From: a virus | UHGV virus genome: UHGV-0132791 | Strand: one strand, 5' to 3' | DNA length: 17,677 nt | In this document: piece by piece, positions 13,978 through 17,677 of the stretch | How the letters are laid out: each line of letters begins with the position of its first letter | Numbering within the stretch: the first letter of the stretch is position 1 | The notes under the pieces: model-generated | What the model saw: the letters and a program-made list of their open reading frames with translations, nothing else | Told to the model about the DNA's origin: nothing | The model's database searches: none | Made by a program: the position numbers and the translations under genes

Positions 13978-14718
13978 ATGCCTGTACCAAATCCAGTAAT
14001 GCCGGTGAAAGGGGCCGGGACCACCCTGTGGGTTTATAAGGGGAACGGTGACCCTTATGCGAACCCGCTTTCAGACGTTGACTGGTCGCGTCTGGCTAAA
14101 GTTAAAGACCTGACGCCCGGCGAACTGACCGCTGAGTCCTATGACGACAGCTATCTCGATGATGAAGATGCGGACTGGACTGCGACCGGGCAGGGGCAGA
14201 AATCTGCCGGAGATACCAGCTTCACGCTGGCGTGGATGCCCGGAGAGCAGGGGCAGCAGGCGCTGCTGGCGTGGTTTAATGAAGGGGATACCCGTGCCTA
14301 TAAAATCCGCTTCCCGAACGGCACGGTCGATGTGTTCCGCGGCTGGGTCAGCAGTATCGGTAAGGCGGTGACGGCGAAGGAAGTGATCACCCGCACGGTG
14401 AAAGTCACCAACGTGGGACGTCCGTCGATGGCAGAAGATCGCAGCACGGTGACGGCGACAACCGGCATGACGGTGACACCCGCCAGTGCTTCCGTAGTGA
14501 AAGGGCAGAGCACTACGCTGACCGTGGCATTCCAGCCGGAGGGCGCAACCGACAAGAGCTTCCGTGCGGTGTCTGCGGATAAAACAAAAGCCACCGTGTC
14601 GGTCAGCGGTATGACCATCACCGTGAACGGCGTTGCTGCAGGCAAGGTCAACATTCCGGTTGTATCCGGTAATGGTGAGTTTGCTGCGGTTGCAGAAATC
14701 ACCGTCACCGCCAGTTAA
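13978..14718 (+). CDS. V: Major tail protein V
   Basis: [22 protein letters not shown]…[15 protein letters not shown] matches lambda gpV including the C-terminal Ig-like region. ORF track starts 30 nt upstream (13948); ATG 13978 preferred. Confidence 0.9.
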   Translation: MPVPNPVMPVKGAGTTLWVYKGNGDPYANPLSDVDWSRLAKVKDLTPGELTAESYDDSYLDDEDADWTATGQGQKSAGDTSFTLAWMPGEQGQQALLAWFNEGDTRAYKIRFPNGTVDVFRGWVSSIGKAVTAKEVITRTVKVTNVGRPSMAEDRSTVTATTGMTVTPASASVVKGQSTTLTVAFQPEGATDKSFRAVSADKTKATVSVSGMTITVNGVAAGKVNIPVVSGNGEFAAVAEITVTAS

Positions 14719-14733
14719 TCCGGAGAGTCAGCG

Positions 14734-15156
14734 ATGTTCCTGAAAACCGAATCATTTGAATATAACGGCGTGACCGTCACGCTTTCTGAACTGTCAGCCC
14801 TGCAGCGTATTGAGCATCTTGCCCTGATGAAACGGCAGGCAGAACCGGCGGGATCCGACAGCAACCGGCAGGTTACTGTGGAAGACGTCATCAGAACCGG
14901 CGCGTTTCTGGTGGCGATGTCCCTGTGGCATAACCATCCGAAGAAGACGCAGATGCCGTCCATGAATGAAGCCGTTAAACAGATTGAGCAGGAAGTGCTT
15001 ACCACCTGGCCCACAGAGGCAATTTCTCATGCTGAAAACGTGGTGTACCGGCTGTCCGGTATGTATGAGTTTGTGGTGAATAATGCCCCCGAACAGGCAG
15101 AGGACGCCGGGCCTGCAGAGCCTGTTTCTGCGGGAAAGTGTTCGACGGTGAGCTGA
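14734..15156 (+). CDS. G: Tail assembly chaperone G
   Basis: MFLKTESFE.NGVTVTLSELSALQRIEHLALMKRQAE… matches lambda gpG; ends at TGA 15154-15156. Confidence 0.9.
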   Translation: MFLKTESFEYNGVTVTLSELSALQRIEHLALMKRQAEPAGSDSNRQVTVEDVIRTGAFLVAMSLWHNHPKKTQMPSMNEAVKQIEQEVLTTWPTEAISHAENVVYRLSGMYEFVVNNAPEQAEDAGPAEPVSAGKCSTVS

Positions 15157-15572
15157 GTTTTGCCCTGAAACTGGCGCGTGAGATGGGGCGACCCGACTGG
15201 CGCGCCATGCTTGCCGGGATGTCATCCACGGAGTATGCCGACTGGCACCGCTTTTACAGTACCCATTATTTTCATGATGTTCTGCTGGATATGCACTTTT
15301 CCGGGCTGACGTACACCGTGCTCAGCCTGTTTTTCAGCGATCCGGATATGCATCCGCTGGATTTCAGTCTGCTGAACCGGTGTGAGGCTGACGAAGAGCC
15401 TGAAGGTGATGTGCTGATGCAGAAAGCGGCAGGGCTTGCCGGAGGTGTTCGTTTTGGTCCGGACGGGAATGAAGTTATCCCCGCCTCCCCGGATGTGGCG
15501 GACATGACGGAGGATGACGTAATGCTGATGACAGTATCAGAAGGGATCGCAGGAGGAGTCCGGTATGGCTGA
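14734..15572 (+). CDS. Tail assembly protein G-T fusion produced by programmed -1 ribosomal frameshift
   Basis: Slippery heptamer G GGA AAG at 15132-15138 near the 3' end of G; the -1 frame continues as …GKVFDGELSFALKLAREMGRPDWRAMLAG… to TGA 15570-15572, matching the lambda gpG-T arrangement. Confidence 0.8.
15132..15138 (+). other. -1 programmed frameshift slippery site (GGGAAAG)
   Basis: X XXY YYZ heptamer positioned as in lambda G/T; zero-frame codons GGA AAG. Confidence 0.8.
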
Positions 15573-17677
15573 ACCGGTAGGCGATCTGGTCGTTGATTTA
15601 AGTCTGGATGCGGCCAGATTTGACGAGCAGATGGCCAGAGTCAGGCGTCATTTTTCCGGTACGGAAAGTGATGCGAAAAAAACAGCGGCAGTCGTTGAAC
15701 AGTCAATGAACCGACAGGCGCTGGCTGCACAGAAAGCGGGGATTTCCGTCGGGCAGTATAAAGCCGCCATGCGTATGCTGCCTGCACAGTTCACCGACGT
15801 GGCCACGCAGCTTGCAGGCGGGCAAAGTCCGTGGCTGATCCTGCTGCAACAGGGGGGGCAGGTGAAGGACTCCTTCGGCGGGATGATCCCCATGTTCAGG
15901 GGGCTTGCCGGTGCGATCACCCTGCCGATGGTCGGGGCCACCTCGCTGGCGGTGGCGACCGGTGCGCTGGCGTATGCCTGGTATCAGGGTAACTCAACCC
16001 TGTCCGATTTCAACAAAACGCTGGTCCTTTCCGGTCATCAGTCGGGTCTGACGACAGATCGTATGCTGGTCCTGTCCAGAGCCGGGCAGGCGGCAGGGCT
16101 GACGTTTAACCAGACCAGCGAGTCACTCAGCGCACTGGTTAAGGCGGGGGTAAGCGGTGAGGCTCAGATTGCGTCCATCAGCCAGAGTGTGGCGCGTTTC
16201 TCCTCTGCATCCGGCGTGGAGGTGGACAAGGTCGCTGAAGCCTTCGGGAAGCTGACCACAGACCCGACGTCGGGGCTGACGGCGATGGCACGCCAGTTCC
16301 ATAACGTGACGGCGGAGCAGATTGCGTATGTTGCTCAGTTGCAGCGTTCCGGCGATGAAGCCGGGGCATTGCAGGCGGCGAACGAGGCCGCAACGAAAGG
16401 GTTTGATGACCAGACCCGACGCCTGAAAGAGAACATGGGCACGCTGGAAACCTGGGCAGACAGGACAGCACGGGCATTCAAATCCATGTGGGATGCGGTG
16501 CTGGATATTGGTCGTCCTGATACCGCTCAGGAGATGCTGATTAAGGCAGAGGCTGCGTTTAAGAAAGCGGACGACATCTGGAATCTGCGCAAGGATGATT
16601 ATTTTGTTAACGATGAAGCGCGGGCGCGTTACTGGGATGATCGTGAAAAGGCCCGTCTTGCGCTTGAAGCCGCCCGAAAGAAGGCTGAACAGCAGAGTCA
16701 ACAGGACAAAAATGCGCAGCAGCAGAGCGATACCGAAGCATCACGGCTGAAATATACCGAAGAGGCGCAGAAGGCTTACGAACGGCTGCAGACACCGCTG
16801 GAGAAATATACCGCCCGTCAGGAAGAACTGAACAAGGCACTGAAAGACGGGAAAATCCTGCAGGCAGATTACAACACGCTGATGGCGGCGGCGAAAAAGG
16901 ATTATGAAGCGACGCTGAAAAAGCCGAAACAGTCCGGCGTGAAGGTGTCTGCGGGCGATCGTCAGGAAGACAGTGCTCATGCTGCCCTGCTGACGCTTCA
17001 GGCTGAACTCCGGACGCTGGAGAAGCATGCCGGAGCAAATGAGAAAATCAGCCAGCAGCGCCGGGATTTGTGGAAGGCGGAGAGTCAGTTCGCGGTACTG
17101 GAGGAGGCGGCGCAACGTCGCCAGCTGTCTGTACAGGAGAAATCCCTGCTGGCGCATAAAGATGAGACGCTGGAGTACAAACGCCAGCTGGCTGCACTTG
17201 GCGACAAGGTTACGTATCAGGAGCGCCTGAACGCGCTGGCGCAGCAGGCGGATAAATTCGCACAGCAGCAACGGGCAAAACGGGCCGCTATTGATGCGAA
17301 AAGCCGGGGGCTGACTGACCGGCAGGCAGAACGGGAAGCCACGGAACAGCGCCTGAAGGAACAGTATGGCGATAATCCTCTGGCGCTGAATAACGTCATG
17401 TCAGAGCAGAAAAAGACCTGGGCGGCTGAAGACCTGCTTCGCGGGAACTGGATGGCAGGCCTCAGGTCCGGCTGGAGCGAGTGGAAAGAGAGTGCCACGG
17501 ACAGTATGTCGCAGGTTAAAAGTGCTGCCACGCAGACCTTTGATGGTATTGCGCAGAATATGGCGGCGATGCTGACCGGCAGTGAACAGAACTGGCGCAG
17601 CTTCACCCGTTCCGTGCTGTCTATGATGACAGAAATTCTGCTTAAGCAGGCAATGGTGGGGATTGTCGGGAGTATCG
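15565..17677 (+). CDS. H: Tail tape measure protein H, N-terminal ~704 codons, truncated by window end
   Basis: ATG at 15565 overlapping the T stop; MAEPVGDLVVDLSLDAARFDEQMARVRRHFSG… matches lambda gpH; the open frame continues to the end of the window. Confidence 0.9.
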   Translation, partial: MAEPVGDLVVDLSLDAARFDEQMARVRRHFSGTESDAKKTAAVVEQSMNRQALAAQKAGISVGQYKAAMRMLPAQFTDVATQLAGGQSPWLILLQQGGQVKDSFGGMIPMFRGLAGAITLPMVGATSLAVATGALAYAWYQGNSTLSDFNKTLVLSGHQSGLTTDRMLVLSRAGQAAGLTFNQTSESLSALVKAGVSGEAQIASISQSVARFSSASGVEVDKVAEAFGKLTTDPTSGLTAMARQFHNVTAEQIAYVAQLQRSGDEAGALQAANEAATKGFDDQTRRLKENMGTLETWADRTARAFKSMWDAVLDIGRPDTAQEMLIKAEAAFKKADDIWNLRKDDYFVNDEARARYWDDREKARLALEAARKKAEQQSQQDKNAQQQSDTEASRLKYTEEAQKAYERLQTPLEKYTARQEELNKALKDGKILQADYNTLMAAAKKDYEATLKKPKQSGVKVSAGDRQEDSAHAALLTLQAELRTLEKHAGANEKISQQRRDLWKAESQFAVLEEAAQRRQLSVQEKSLLAHKDETLEYKRQLAALGDKVTYQERLNALAQQADKFAQQQRAKRAAIDAKSRGLTDRQAEREATEQRLKEQYGDNPLALNNVMSEQKKTWAAEDLLRGNWMAGLRSGWSEWKESATDSMSQVKSAATQTFDGIAQNMAAMLTGSEQNWRSFTRSVLSMMTEILLKQAMVGIVGSI

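Noticed and set aside
16123-17606. Minus-strand ORFs 16123..16701, 16178..16477, 16607..17038, 16741..17271, 17217..17606
   Set aside because: All lie antisense within the tape-measure gene H, whose plus-strand frame is continuous and matches lambda gpH; these are spurious.

Overview
This window is the late structural region of a lambda-like prophage (end of Nu3/C, D, E, FI, FII, Z, U, V, G, G-T, start of H), and its major capsid gene E is split in two by a ~10.6 kb integrative element (about 773..11406). The E reading frame stops matching lambda gpE after ...PGYVKPKH (codon ending 783) and resumes at 11399; the same 10-bp sequence AACCCAAGCA sits at both junctions, and joining the two copies restores an intact 341-codon E. 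The inserted element has the gene content of a phage satellite (PICI/P4-like): a P4-type tyrosine integrase, two AlpA-family regulators, a divergently transcribed ribbon-helix-helix regulator with an operator-like repeat region, a primase-helicase-type replication initiator followed by an iteron-rich candidate origin, and an SSB-like protein. Unusually, it also carries its own paralogues of the helper's major capsid protein (E-like) and decoration protein (D-like), plus a Nu1-like small terminase next to a lambda-like cos site. An AT-rich cargo segment encodes a small membrane protein on the opposite strand. I do not recognise this arrangement (a satellite-like element inserted in the helper's capsid gene and bringing replacement capsid genes) as a described system, and it is the main finding. 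All homology statements are from reading the translations and from memory of lambda sequences; no database search was run.
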